Origin: Candidatus Latescibacterota bacterium
Lineage (GTDB): Bacteria; Latescibacterota; UBA2968; UBA8231
Assembly (NCBI GenBank): GCA_964291625.2
Contig: OZ220089.1
Coordinates: forward strand, 4,576,001 to 4,640,000
Direction: 5' to 3'
DNA length: 64,000 nt
This document shows, in pieces, positions 19,016-28,652 of the stretch. Below the pieces are notes generated by a model. The model was not told where the DNA came from. It saw only the letters and a program-made list of their open reading frames with translations, and made no database searches. Each line of letters begins with the position of its first letter. Position 1 is the stretch's first letter. The translations under genes and the position numbers were made by a program.

Positions 19016-19809
19016 CAGTCCCCCTGCGGCGCCGGTTTCCCGGGCATCACGACGTAGTCCTCGGTCTCCCGTGGCACCTCCTCCGCCCGCTCCCCGGTCG
19101 AGCCGGCGGAGCCGTTCCCGTTCTCCTGGTGCAGCAGCCCCGCCAGGTCGCGGCCCTCGGCGCTGGCCTTGCGGATCAACAGGGCCCGGTCGAGGGAGCG
19201 CACGGCATCGATCATGGTCTGACGCAGGATCTGGTTCATCCCCTGCACGGTGTAGACCATGTCCCGTTCGAAGATCTCCACTTCCTTCGGATCGAACCGG
19301 TGCTGCCAGAAGATCCGGCCCTCGCCGTCCACCAGTTGCAGCGAGCCGTCGAGGCGCGCCCACCAGCGGTCGCCGGAGTCGAAGCGCTCGATGGCGTCGA
19401 TCGTCCCGGTGAGAGTGAACTCCGGCGCCTCGTCGAGGAAGTCCGGCCGGAAGTCGGTGAACAGGTTCGCCGTCCGCAGGTAGCCGGCGACGGCGTTGGT
19501 GATCATCTCGCTCGGACGGACGGCCCAGAGGTTGTAGCGGTCGTCCCGGATCTCCTCCGGGGAGAGGCGGAAGATGATCTGATCGCGCTCGTAGAACTTG
19601 GCGATGGCGAAGCGCTCGATCTGCACCTTCAGCTCGTAGGGGCGTTCGGAGAGGGGCAGGTTCAGGCCCAGGGACTTCTCCTGGATGATGAACTTGCGGC
19701 GGTCGGGGACCTCGGCCTTGCCCGCCAAGAGGCTCGAGCAGCCGCTGCCCCCCAGCGCCGCCAGAAGGGCCGCCGCAGCCACCGCCGGCATGGACCGGAT
19801 CGGACTCAC
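19015..19809 (-). CDS. ABC-type transport auxiliary lipoprotein (PqiC-like)
   Basis: Lipoprotein-like signal ending GSGC; YERDQIIFR, W...PSEMI and LTGTIDAIE; directly downstream of the MCE gene. Confidence 0.75.
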   Translation of the reverse strand: MSPIRSMPAVAAAALLAALGGSGCSSLLAGKAEVPDRRKFIIQEKSLGLNLPLSERPYELKVQIERFAIAKFYERDQIIFRLSPEEIRDDRYNLWAVRPSEMITNAVAGYLRTANLFTDFRPDFLDEAPEFTLTGTIDAIERFDSGDRWWARLDGSLQLVDGEGRIFWQHRFDPKEVEIFERDMVYTVQGMNQILRQTMIDAVRSLDRALLIRKASAEGRDLAGLLHQENGNGSAGSTGERAEEVPRETEDYVVMPGKPAPQGD

Positions 19810-20777
19810 GGGTCGGTCCTTCCGCGAAGCAGCACGGCGGGGTTCTCGCGGATCAGCTCGGTGGCCTGGCGCACGTTGAGGAGCGTCTCCTCCAGGCTCT
19901 GCATGGCGTCGAGGATGTTCTTGCGGCTCTGCAGGACGGTGCGGTCCACGTGGGTCACGGTGGCGTCGATGGTGCCCGTCATCTGGTGCAGGCTGGCCAG
20001 CAGCTCGGGCACGGGGCCTTCGAGATGCTCGCGCAAGACACGGACCGACCGGCCGAGGTCGCGCAGGGCGGTGCGCGTCTCCTCGGCGGAGGTGAGGACC
20101 CGCACCGAGTCCATGGTGGCGCGCATGGAGGCGGTGGTGGCGGCGAGGTTGTCGGTGACGCGGGCGAGGTTGGCGACCGTCTCCCCGAGGTCGCCGCTGC
20201 TGTCGGTGATCAGGGTGTTGGTGCTCTCCATCAGCTCCGAGCCGGCCTCGATCATCCGCCCCAGGCGGCGCTGGTTCTGCTCCGCCGTCATGGCCGTGAG
20301 GTTGGTCAGCAGGTCCTCGATGCGCACCATGAGCACCTCGGCCCGTTCCTCCATGTTCGACAGGAAGGTCGCCCTCGCCGGCAGCACCTCACCCGGCTCG
20401 AGAAGCGGCGCATCGGGGGATCCGGAGCTCAGCTCGATGTACTTCAGGCCGGTCACGCCCTGGCTGTAGAGCCGGGCCTGCGTGTCGGCGCGGATCAGGT
20501 TGGGGACCTTGCGGGCCTCGAGGGAGATCTCCACGAGGACGACGCCGATCTCCTCGGGCGAGACCCGCGTGTCCTCCACGCGCCCGACGGTGATGCCCTG
20601 GTACTTGACGGGATCACCGGCCGACAGACCGCCGACGGACTCGTCGAACTCGATGTAGTAGATCACCCGCTTCTGCAGCAACTGGGACCCGGCCACCACG
20701 AGAAGGAAGCCGGCCAGAACGCTGAAGGAGAAGACGAGAAAGAGGGCGAGACGGACTCTCTGTGCCCGGGTAGCCAT
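19806..20777 (-). CDS. mlaD: MCE/MlaD family protein with long helical C-terminus
   Basis: Single N-terminal TM; SVGGLSAGDPVKYQGITVGRV; QGVTGLKYIEL; C-terminal ENPAVLLRG. Confidence 0.88.
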   Translation of the reverse strand: MATRAQRVRLALFLVFSFSVLAGFLLVVAGSQLLQKRVIYYIEFDESVGGLSAGDPVKYQGITVGRVEDTRVSPEEIGVVLVEISLEARKVPNLIRADTQARLYSQGVTGLKYIELSSGSPDAPLLEPGEVLPARATFLSNMEERAEVLMVRIEDLLTNLTAMTAEQNQRRLGRMIEAGSELMESTNTLITDSSGDLGETVANLARVTDNLAATTASMRATMDSVRVLTSAEETRTALRDLGRSVRVLREHLEGPVPELLASLHQMTGTIDATVTHVDRTVLQSRKNILDAMQSLEETLLNVRQATELIRENPAVLLRGRTDP

Positions 20778-20906
20778 GCGCTCGGGGGGTGCGGGCTGGG
20801 TCAGGGAGGAGTCCGCCGGGGGGAGCGGCCTCCGCCAATATGCGGAATCGTCCGCGTATCCGCCACCGCTGGGTGCGGTTCCCGGCCCCGCGGGCGGAGG
20901 CGCCGC

Positions 20907-21848
20907 CTAGGCAGAGGCGGGTTGGATCACCCTGAGGGCCTGGTGCTCGACGCGCAGGACGGCCGGGGTCTCGCACAGACGCTCGCCGTCGGCGCGCAGG
21001 GACATGGGAACCCCGTCGAGGGCCTCGATCTCCACCCAGGAGGAGCGCAGCATGCGCACCGCGCCGGAGCGCAAGTGGCCGCCCCGGAAGATCCTGGGAA
21101 CCAGGGCGAGCACCTCGCGGGGGGAGATGCTGCCGTCCACCAGGCAGAGATCCAGCCGTCCGTCCGTCGGGTCGGCTCCCGGGCAGATGCGCATGCCGCC
21201 GCCGTAGGACGGGGTGTTGCCCGCGGCCGCGAGGAAGACCTCCTGCTCGCGCACCCCGAACTCGCCCCGGAGACGCACCGCGGCGGGGCGGTACCCCCGC
21301 AGGTGCCGGAGGGCGGTGTACAGGTATCCGGCCGTTCCGGGGAACGGCGAACCGCCTTCGGCCATCTCCTCGCCGACCTCCGCGTCGAAACCGAAGGAGG
21401 CCACCGTGGCGAAGCGATGACCGCCGCAGCGTCCCAGGTCGATCGGCCGCGGCCGGCCCTCGAGAAGCACCCGCAGGGCCGGCTTCAGGCGGACCGGGAT
21501 CCCGAGAGCGCGGGCGAGGTCGTTGCAGGTCCCGGCGGGCAGGAGTCCGAGGCTACGGTCCCGGCCGGCCAGCTCCGGCAGCACCTCCGCCACGGTCCCG
21601 TCGCCGCCGCAGACGACGACCACGGCGGAGCCGCGGTCCCGGGCGGCGGCGGCCAGCTCCCGGGCCTGCCCCCGCCGTTGCGTCCAGTCGAGGGAGACCT
21701 CCAGGCCGGCCCGGAGCAGGCGCCGCCGGCCGCGCTCCGCCGCCCGCGCGCCCCGCCCCCCGCCCGCCGCGGGATTCGCGATCAAGGTCCAGGCTCCACC
21801 CCAGCGGTCCGGAGGGGTCATTTCAGCCTCCGGGGACACGGCGTACAC
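20907..21848 (-). CDS. Diacylglycerol kinase family lipid kinase (YegS/BmrU)
   Basis: Motifs IANPAAGGG, GGDGTVAEV, LPAGTCNDLAR, GNTPSYGGG and ADGE. The start may be the ATG at 21821. Confidence 0.9.
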   Translation of the reverse strand: MYAVSPEAEMTPPDRWGGAWTLIANPAAGGGRGARAAERGRRRLLRAGLEVSLDWTQRRGQARELAAAARDRGSAVVVVCGGDGTVAEVLPELAGRDRSLGLLPAGTCNDLARALGIPVRLKPALRVLLEGRPRPIDLGRCGGHRFATVASFGFDAEVGEEMAEGGSPFPGTAGYLYTALRHLRGYRPAAVRLRGEFGVREQEVFLAAAGNTPSYGGGMRICPGADPTDGRLDLCLVDGSISPREVLALVPRIFRGGHLRSGAVRMLRSSWVEIEALDGVPMSLRADGERLCETPAVLRVEHQALRVIQPASA

Positions 21849-22130
21849 TTGGGCTCATGGAAGATGGACCTGGCAGCTCGGGGGCCTCGGGCCGTCCCGA
21901 GCCGGATCGAGAGGCTCTGCGCCGGCGGGTGCGGCATCCCTACATCACCCGGCAGGAGCCGCGGCGGCAGGCCGATGACGAGGATCGCGGCGAGGGGGAA
22001 GAGGGCCGATCCACGCCGGCCGGCTGACGCCGCCCGTCTCCTTGTTCGGCCGCAACCATATCCATAACATACAGATTCCACGGAGAGTTAGGTCCTCCTT
22101 CCCCTCCCGTCCCACGGCCCTCCACGTCCC

Positions 22131-25100
22131 ATGATCCGCAAGTACTACACGGACCGAAGTCTGTTGATCACCGGCGGCACGGGGTTCGTCGGCCAGGCGC
22201 TGCTGGCCAAGATCCTGCGCGACCTCGGGGACGAGGTCCGCCTCGTCTACCTGCTGATCCGGCCCCGCCGCCGGCCCGACGGCCGCGAGATCTCGCCCTC
22301 CGAGCGCCTCCAGGAGCTCTACGGGACCGCCCTCTTCCAGTGGGTCGCCGAGGCCGACCCCGGACGCTGGGAGCGCCTGCGCCGTAAGGTCGTCCCCGTG
22401 GCCATCGACGAGCGCCAGCCCGACCTCGGGTTGTCCACCGAGGACCGGCAGCGCCTCACGGCGGAGGTCGACACGATCTTCAACAGCGCCGCCACCGTCG
22501 TCTTCGATGAACCTCTGGACGTGGCGCTCCAGGCCAATGTCGGGGGGCCGATGGCCCTGATCGATCTCGCCCGGGCCTCCGGGCGGCGCGTCGACTTCGT
22601 CCACGTCTCCACCGCCTACGTCAACGGCAGGCGCCAGGGGACGATCCCCGACGAGCCCCTGCCCGTCGACAGCGACATGCGCCGGGTCATCGACGGCGGC
22701 GGACCCGGCTTCGATCCGGTGAGCGAGGTGGCGGACTGCCGCGCCGCCTGCCGCCGCCTTCGGGAGGAAGCCGCCGAGGAGGGGTTCACGCGGCGGCTGA
22801 AGCGCGAGGTAATCCGCGAGTACGGGAAGTCCCGCAGCGGCAAGCTGACGCCCGACCGGTTGGAGCAGCTCGTCGAGGACCGCCGGGACCGCTGGGTCCG
22901 GGGAGAGCTGGTAGCCGAGGGCATGCGCCGAGCCCGCGAGCACGGGTGGAACGACGTCTACACCTATACCAAAGCCATGGGCGAGCAGGTGCTCACCCTG
23001 CGGCGAGGGGACGTGCCGGTCGTGGTCGTGCGTCCCAGCATCATCGAGAGCAGTCTCGCCGATCCGGAACCCGGCTGGATCACGGGCCTGAAGGTGATGG
23101 ACCCCCTGCTGGTCGCCTACGGCCGGGGACTGGTGCCCGACTTTCCCGCGCGGCCGGAGATCGTCCTCGACGTGATCCCGGTGGACAAGGTGGTCAACGC
23201 CACCATCGCCGCCGCGGTGCGCGCGCGGCCAGAGGCCGTGGAGGTCTTCCAGGCGGCGACGGGCACCGAGAACCCGGTGCGTGTGAGCTCCCTCTTCGAC
23301 AGCGTGCGCGCCCACTTCCGGCGGTCGCCCATGCCGGACCGCGACGGCCGCTGTCCGTCGCTGCCCGATTGGCGCTATCCCAGCCTGCGCCTCTTCCGGT
23401 TCATATTCCGGCTCCGGTACCTGGGTCCGCTCCGGCTCCGCGAGCGGCTCCTCGAGCTGCCGGGCCGTTCGCCGCGCCCCCGGCAGCGGCGGCTCCTGGC
23501 GACGGCCCGGATCCGGCTGCAGCGGGTGCTCTACTACGTGGAGATCTACCACCCGTACACCCACCTCGACTGCCGCTTCGAGACCGGCCGCACCCGGGCG
23601 CTGTACGAGTCGCTGCCGCCGGACGAGCGCGCCACCTTCGACATGGACGTGACCGCCATCGACTGGCACGGGTACGTCTCCGGAATCCACCTGCCAGGCC
23701 TGCGGCGCCACGTGCTGCGCGAGGAGAGCGCCGTGGAGGCGGCGCTGCCGGAGCCTCCCGGGGAGCCGGGGGCCGAGGAGGAGCGTCTGCGGGCCGAGCG
23801 CGAGATCGCCACCCTGCCGGACCTGCTGCGCTGGGCCTGCGCCCGCCACGCCGGGCGCGTCGCCTTCGAGGCCCGCCGCGGCGGCCGCTGGCGGAAGATC
23901 ACCTACGCCGACCTGCTGCAGCGCGTGGAGGAGCGCGCCGGCCGCTGGCAGGGACTCGGCCTCGGCGTGGGGGACCGCGTCCTGCTGGCCGGGGAGAACG
24001 GCCCCGAGTGGGTCGTCTCCTACATGGCCTGTTCCTTCCTCGGCGCCGCTGTCCTGCCCGTGGACCCGCAGACGCCGGGGGAGGAGGCGGAACGGATGGC
24101 CGCCTTCTCCGAGGCCCGGGCCATGGTGGCCGATGCCGCGTTCCTCGCCCGGGTCGCCCCGGCTGCGGTCCGCACCCGGATCGACCTGCCCTCCGGCGAT
24201 CCCCTGGATGCGGCGGAAGGGACGGGATCCGTCTTCCGGGAGCCGGAGATCGACTGGGATCGGGAGGCGTCCATCATCTTCACCTCCGGCACCCGGGTCG
24301 AGCCCCGGGGGGTGGTCCTGACCCACGGCAACCTGATCTCCGATCTACTGGCCCTGGGGGAGCTGCAGCGCGTGCACGACACCGACCGCATCCTGTCCCT
24401 GTTGCCGCTCCACCACGGCCTCGAGTTCACCGGGGTCCTGCTCATGTCCCTGTGGAGCGGGGCCTCGACCATCTACCTAGACGGTCCTCTCAACAGCCGC
24501 AACATCCTGGAGGCCATCCGGGACCGCGGCATCACCGCCATGCTCGCGGTGCCGCGCATCCTGAAGATCCTGGCGGATCGGGTGCAGCGTCTGGACACGA
24601 GGGCGGAGGGGGGGCGGTCGCCCGACATCGACGTGCTTCGGCAACTGCGCCTGATCGTCTCCGGAGGCGCGCCCCTCGGCGAGACGCTGTTCGACACCTA
24701 CCGCGGTCTCGGCCTCACGGTGTACGAGGGCTACGGGCTGACCGAGACCTCCCCCATCGTCACCGTCAATCCTCGGGGCGGGGCCCGCCGCGGCTCCGTG
24801 GGCGTCGCCCTGCCCTGCGTCGAGCTGCGCATCGACGCTCCCCTCGGGCACGACGGCGAGATCCTGGTCTCGGGGCCGTCGGTCACCGCGGGGTACCTGA
24901 ACCGCCCGGACCTGACCGCCGAGGTCCTGCGGGACGGCTGGCTGCACACCGGCGACGTGGGTCACATGGACGAGGACGGCTACCTGTTCATCACCGGCCG
25001 GCGGCGGGCCCTGATCGTCACCGGCGGCGCCAAGAACGTGTATCCCGACGAGGTGGAGGATCTCTACGGGGGCCTGCCGCACACGGCCGAGCTGGCCGTC

Positions 25101-26324
25101 GTCGGCCTGCCGTCGGCGCGCACCCTCGGCGAAGAGGTGCACGGCGTCGTCGTCCTCGATCCCCGCTCCCGGGACCTGGACCTGCCGGAGGCGGAGGAGG
25201 AGATCCGGCAACGGGCCTATGCCCTTTCCCGCGACCTGCCGGCCTGGCAGCGGATCGCCCGGCTGCACATCCAGCGTCGGCCCCTGCCGCGGCTCGACGA
25301 CGGCCGCGTCGACCGCAGCGCCCTGCGCGAGGACCTGGAGCGGGGAGCCCCCGAAGAGGTGGATGCCGCCGACAGCCTGGCTCCCTGGGAACGGCAGGTC
25401 TACCACCGGCTGAGCCAGTTGTCGGGGCTGGCCGTAGGAGAGATCGTGGCCCATGCCGACGCCCCTCTGGACACCGTGATCGACTCGCTCATGGCGGTCG
25501 AACTGGCGGCCTCCCTGCAGGAGGCCGGGGCCGGACAGGTGACCATCGACCGCGAGCGGACCACCCTGCGCCGGCTCCTCGACGAGGTGGGGCCGGGTCT
25601 GACCCTGGCGGAGTCCGAGGCGGAGGGCTACTGGTCCTCCGTGCTCCGCCGCCCGGGATCGGTGGCGCGCAGCGGGAGATCGGCCTTGGGCACGGCCGCG
25701 TCCAAGGTGTTGAGAGCCGCCTTGCAGGTGGAGGTGGACGGCGCCGGGGGCCTGCCCGAGGGACCCTTCCTCCTGGCCGCCAGCCGCCCCGGCCCGGCCG
25801 CCGCCGCGGCGGTCTTCGCCGCCTTGAGGCCCGAGTTCGACGGGCTCTGTCTGCTCGTGGAGCGGCAGGACGCCATCGGGGGCCGGTGGGAGTCCCGGTT
25901 GTGCCGCTGGTTCGCCGAACTCGTAACCCTCTCGGGGCCGGCCGGCCTGCCGCGGGCCCTGGAGGAGGCGGCGGCACGCATCGGCCGGCGCCGGCCCCTG
26001 CTGCTGTTCCCCGAGGGTGCGCCCCGTCCCTCCGCCGTCGGCGCTTACAGGCCGGGCATAGGTCTCCTGGCCCTGGAGCTGGACCTCCCGGTGGTTCCGG
26101 TCCGGGTCGATCTCGCCGGCGCCCGCAGCGACAGCCCCCGCCGCGCCCGGGTGCGCCTCGGCGCCGCCGTCGAAGCCGGCTCGTTCCGGTCCCTGCTGGA
26201 GCGCCTGACCCCTTACGAAGTCTACCGGGAGATCGCCGAGTCCCTCCGCCGGAGCATCGTCGATCTCGGTGCCGGACCCCCGGCCGCCGCCGCTCCGGGT
26301 GGTGGGCCGCCTTCCGCGGACTGA
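22131..26324 (+). CDS. ElbD-like multidomain lipid enzyme: fatty acyl-CoA reductase + AMP-dependent acyl ligase + ACP + PlsC-like acyltransferase
   Basis: Reductase: TGGTGFVG, HVSTAYVNG, YTYTK, RPSIIES. AMP-binding: FTSGT, EGYGLTETSP, WLHTGDVG, KNVYPDEVE. Phosphopantetheine site: IDSLMAVEL. PlsC-like: LFPEG and LDLPVVPV. Confidence 0.85.
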   Translation: MIRKYYTDRSLLITGGTGFVGQALLAKILRDLGDEVRLVYLLIRPRRRPDGREISPSERLQELYGTALFQWVAEADPGRWERLRRKVVPVAIDERQPDLGLSTEDRQRLTAEVDTIFNSAATVVFDEPLDVALQANVGGPMALIDLARASGRRVDFVHVSTAYVNGRRQGTIPDEPLPVDSDMRRVIDGGGPGFDPVSEVADCRAACRRLREEAAEEGFTRRLKREVIREYGKSRSGKLTPDRLEQLVEDRRDRWVRGELVAEGMRRAREHGWNDVYTYTKAMGEQVLTLRRGDVPVVVVRPSIIESSLADPEPGWITGLKVMDPLLVAYGRGLVPDFPARPEIVLDVIPVDKVVNATIAAAVRARPEAVEVFQAATGTENPVRVSSLFDSVRAHFRRSPMPDRDGRCPSLPDWRYPSLRLFRFIFRLRYLGPLRLRERLLELPGRSPRPRQRRLLATARIRLQRVLYYVEIYHPYTHLDCRFETGRTRALYESLPPDERATFDMDVTAIDWHGYVSGIHLPGLRRHVLREESAVEAALPEPPGEPGAEEERLRAEREIATLPDLLRWACARHAGRVAFEARRGGRWRKITYADLLQRVEERAGRWQGLGLGVGDRVLLAGENGPEWVVSYMACSFLGAAVLPVDPQTPGEEAERMAAFSEARAMVADAAFLARVAPAAVRTRIDLPSGDPLDAAEGTGSVFREPEIDWDREASIIFTSGTRVEPRGVVLTHGNLISDLLALGELQRVHDTDRILSLLPLHHGLEFTGVLLMSLWSGASTIYLDGPLNSRNILEAIRDRGITAMLAVPRILKILADRVQRLDTRAEGGRSPDIDVLRQLRLIVSGGAPLGETLFDTYRGLGLTVYEGYGLTETSPIVTVNPRGGARRGSVGVALPCVELRIDAPLGHDGEILVSGPSVTAGYLNRPDLTAEVLRDGWLHTGDVGHMDEDGYLFITGRRRALIVTGGAKNVYPDEVEDLYGGLPHTAELAVVGLPSARTLGEEVHGVVVLDPRSRDLDLPEAEEEIRQRAYALSRDLPAWQRIARLHIQRRPLPRLDDGRVDRSALREDLERGAPEEVDAADSLAPWERQVYHRLSQLSGLAVGEIVAHADAPLDTVIDSLMAVELAASLQEAGAGQVTIDRERTTLRRLLDEVGPGLTLAESEAEGYWSSVLRRPGSVARSGRSALGTAASKVLRAALQVEVDGAGGLPEGPFLLAASRPGPAAAAAVFAALRPEFDGLCLLVERQDAIGGRWESRLCRWFAELVTLSGPAGLPRALEEAAARIGRRRPLLLFPEGAPRPSAVGAYRPGIGLLALELDLPVVPVRVDLAGARSDSPRRARVRLGAAVEAGSFRSLLERLTPYEVYREIAESLRRSIVDLGAGPPAAAAPGGGPPSAD

Positions 26325-26328
26325 ACTC

Positions 26329-27111
26329 GTGTATCCCTACTGGCTCGAGATCGGCGGCCTCCGCCTCCCCACCTTCGGCCCCATGGTGGTCCTGGGTTTC
26401 CTGTCCGCCCACCTCGTCATCAAGAACGAGCTGAGGCGCCGCGGCATCGATCCCGAGCTATCCACGAACCTGATCACCGCCGCCATCCTGGGCGGCCTGG
26501 CGGGGGCGAAGCTCTACTTCATCCTCTTCGAGATGCCCGACGGGTCGACCTGGGGCGAAACGCTGCGCACCACGTTCTCGGGCAGCGGCCTCACCTGGCA
26601 CGGGGGCTTTCTCGTGGCCACCGCCGCGGTGATCTGGACGATCCGCCGGCACGCCGCGCCGCTGCCCGCCGCGGCCGACGCCATCGGCATGGGTCTGGCC
26701 CTCGGTTACGGCATCGGCCGCATCGGCTGTCAGCTGGCGGGGGACGGGGACTACGGCGTCCCCACCGACCTGCCCTGGGGCATGGCCTATCCCGAAGGCG
26801 TGGTGCCCACCACCGAGATCGTCCACCCGGCGCCGGTCTACGAGACCCTTCTGGGTGTGGCCACATTCGGCCTGCTCTGGCGCCTGCGCAGGTCTCTTGA
26901 GGGGCGGCCGGGACTGCTGTTCTGCGTCTATCTCGTGCTCGCCGGGGCCGCCCGTTTCGGGGTGGAGACGATCCGCCTCAACCCGGAGGTCATGTGGGGC
27001 CTGACGGGGGCCCAGCTGTTCTCCATCGTCCTCGTGGCGGTGGGGATCGGAATCGGGGCCCGCCTGCTGAGGCGACAGCCATCGGCGGCAGACCTGGCGA
27101 AGGGCTCCTGA
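26329..27111 (+). CDS. lgt: Prolipoprotein diacylglyceryl transferase
   Basis: Motifs GAKLYF, GLTWHGG, GRIGCQLAGDGDYG, HPAPVYE and RFGVETIR. Confidence 0.92.
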   Translation: MYPYWLEIGGLRLPTFGPMVVLGFLSAHLVIKNELRRRGIDPELSTNLITAAILGGLAGAKLYFILFEMPDGSTWGETLRTTFSGSGLTWHGGFLVATAAVIWTIRRHAAPLPAAADAIGMGLALGYGIGRIGCQLAGDGDYGVPTDLPWGMAYPEGVVPTTEIVHPAPVYETLLGVATFGLLWRLRRSLEGRPGLLFCVYLVLAGAARFGVETIRLNPEVMWGLTGAQLFSIVLVAVGIGIGARLLRRQPSAADLAKGS

Positions 27112-27116
27112 GAGCC

Positions 27117-28604
27117 TTGGCCGAGCGGCTCCGGCACAAGAGGGTCTCCTCCTTCAAGAGCGCCGCCGATCTGCGCGACCACTGCGCGGCCCTCGGCGTG
27201 CGCATCCCCTGCGACGACGAGGTCCTGGCCGCGCCGGCGTCGCCCCTGGCGCAGCCGATCGACGCCGGGGGCGGCCTGCGCATCGGCAACCGCTTCGCCA
27301 TCCATCCCATGGAGGGCTGGGACGGGACCGGCGACGGCCGGCCCACGGATCTGGTGCGGCAGCGCTGGCGCAACTTCGGGACCTCGGGGGCGAAGCTGAT
27401 CTGGGGAGGCGAGGCCTTCGCCGTCTGCCCCGAGGGGCGGGCGAACCCGAACCAGTTGATCTGCTCGCCGGAGACGGCCGGCGGCATCGCCGAGCTGCAT
27501 GGGCTGCTCCGCAGCGCTCACCGGGAGCGGTTCGGCTCCGACGAGGGCCTGGTGTCGGGCCTGCAGCTGACCCACTCCGGGCGGTTCTGCCGACCCTTCC
27601 GCAAGGACCGCCCGGAGCCGGTCATCGCCTACCGCCACCCGATCCTGGACCGCCGGTTCGGGATCGGCCCCGGCCACGAGCCGATCACGGACGAGGAACT
27701 GCACCGCCTGATCGGGCTCTATGTCGGCGGAGCCCGCGTCGCCCGCGAGGCCGGGTTCGACTTCGTCGACGTCAAGCACTGCCACGGGTACCTGGGCCAC
27801 GAGCTGCTGTCGGGCTTCACCCGGCCCGGGGAGTTCGGCGGCTCCTTCGAGAACCGCACCCGCTTCCTGCGCGGGATCGTCGAGGGCATCCGCGCCGACC
27901 AGGGGAGCGGGGCGATCGCCATCGGCGTCCGGCTCTCGGCCTTCGACTGGGTGCCCTTCCGGCCCGATCCGGCCGGCGCCGAGGGCGGACGGCCGGGGCC
28001 GGGGATCCCCGAGCCTTTCGCCGATCACCTGCCCTACCGCTACGGATTCGGCACCGACGCCGGCGATCCCGTCGCCTGGGACCTGGGGGAGACCTTCCGG
28101 TTCCTCGACCTGCTACGGGACCTCGACATCCGCCTGGTCAACCTCTCCTGCGGCAGCCCGTACTACAATCCCCACATCCAGCGGCCGGCCCTCTTCCCGC
28201 CGTCCGACGGGTATCAGCCGCCCGAGGACCCCCTCGTGGGCGTGGCCCGCCAGCTGGCCATGGTCGGCGAGGTGAAGGCGCGCCGCCCCGACATGGTGAT
28301 CGTCGGCTCGGGCTACTCCTATCTGCAGGAGTACCTGCCGCACGCCGCCCAGGCCCTGGTGCGCGCCGGCGAGGTCGACCTGGCCGGCCTCGGGCGCATG
28401 GTGCTGGCCTACCCGGAGCTGCCGGCGGACGTTCTCCAGGGGCGGCCCCTGGCGCGCAAGCGGATCTGCCGCACCTTCTCGGACTGCACCACGGCGCCGC
28501 GCAACGGCATGATCTCCGGGTGCTTCCCCCTCGACCCCCACTACAAGGCCCTTCCCGAAGCGGCCGAGCTGAAGCGGATCAAGGCCTCGGCCGGAGCGGA
28601 CTAG
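27117..28604 (+). CDS. NADH:flavin oxidoreductase (Old Yellow Enzyme family)
   Basis: Motifs NRFAIHPMEGWDG, LQLTHSGR, GFDFVDVKHCHGYLGHELL, GGSFENRTRF and GLGRM. TTG start inferred. Confidence 0.88.
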   Translation: MAERLRHKRVSSFKSAADLRDHCAALGVRIPCDDEVLAAPASPLAQPIDAGGGLRIGNRFAIHPMEGWDGTGDGRPTDLVRQRWRNFGTSGAKLIWGGEAFAVCPEGRANPNQLICSPETAGGIAELHGLLRSAHRERFGSDEGLVSGLQLTHSGRFCRPFRKDRPEPVIAYRHPILDRRFGIGPGHEPITDEELHRLIGLYVGGARVAREAGFDFVDVKHCHGYLGHELLSGFTRPGEFGGSFENRTRFLRGIVEGIRADQGSGAIAIGVRLSAFDWVPFRPDPAGAEGGRPGPGIPEPFADHLPYRYGFGTDAGDPVAWDLGETFRFLDLLRDLDIRLVNLSCGSPYYNPHIQRPALFPPSDGYQPPEDPLVGVARQLAMVGEVKARRPDMVIVGSGYSYLQEYLPHAAQALVRAGEVDLAGLGRMVLAYPELPADVLQGRPLARKRICRTFSDCTTAPRNGMISGCFPLDPHYKALPEAAELKRIKASAGAD

Positions 28605-28652
28605 GCGGGAGCGGTCCGCGCCGCCTCCCATCGGGCTCAAGGAGAGACTTCC

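Noticed and set aside
21945-26434. Long overlapping ORFs (793 aa minus, 1162 aa plus) and similar long ORFs elsewhere
   Set aside because: They are expected stop-poor frames in high-GC DNA overlapping well-supported genes, with low-complexity composition.
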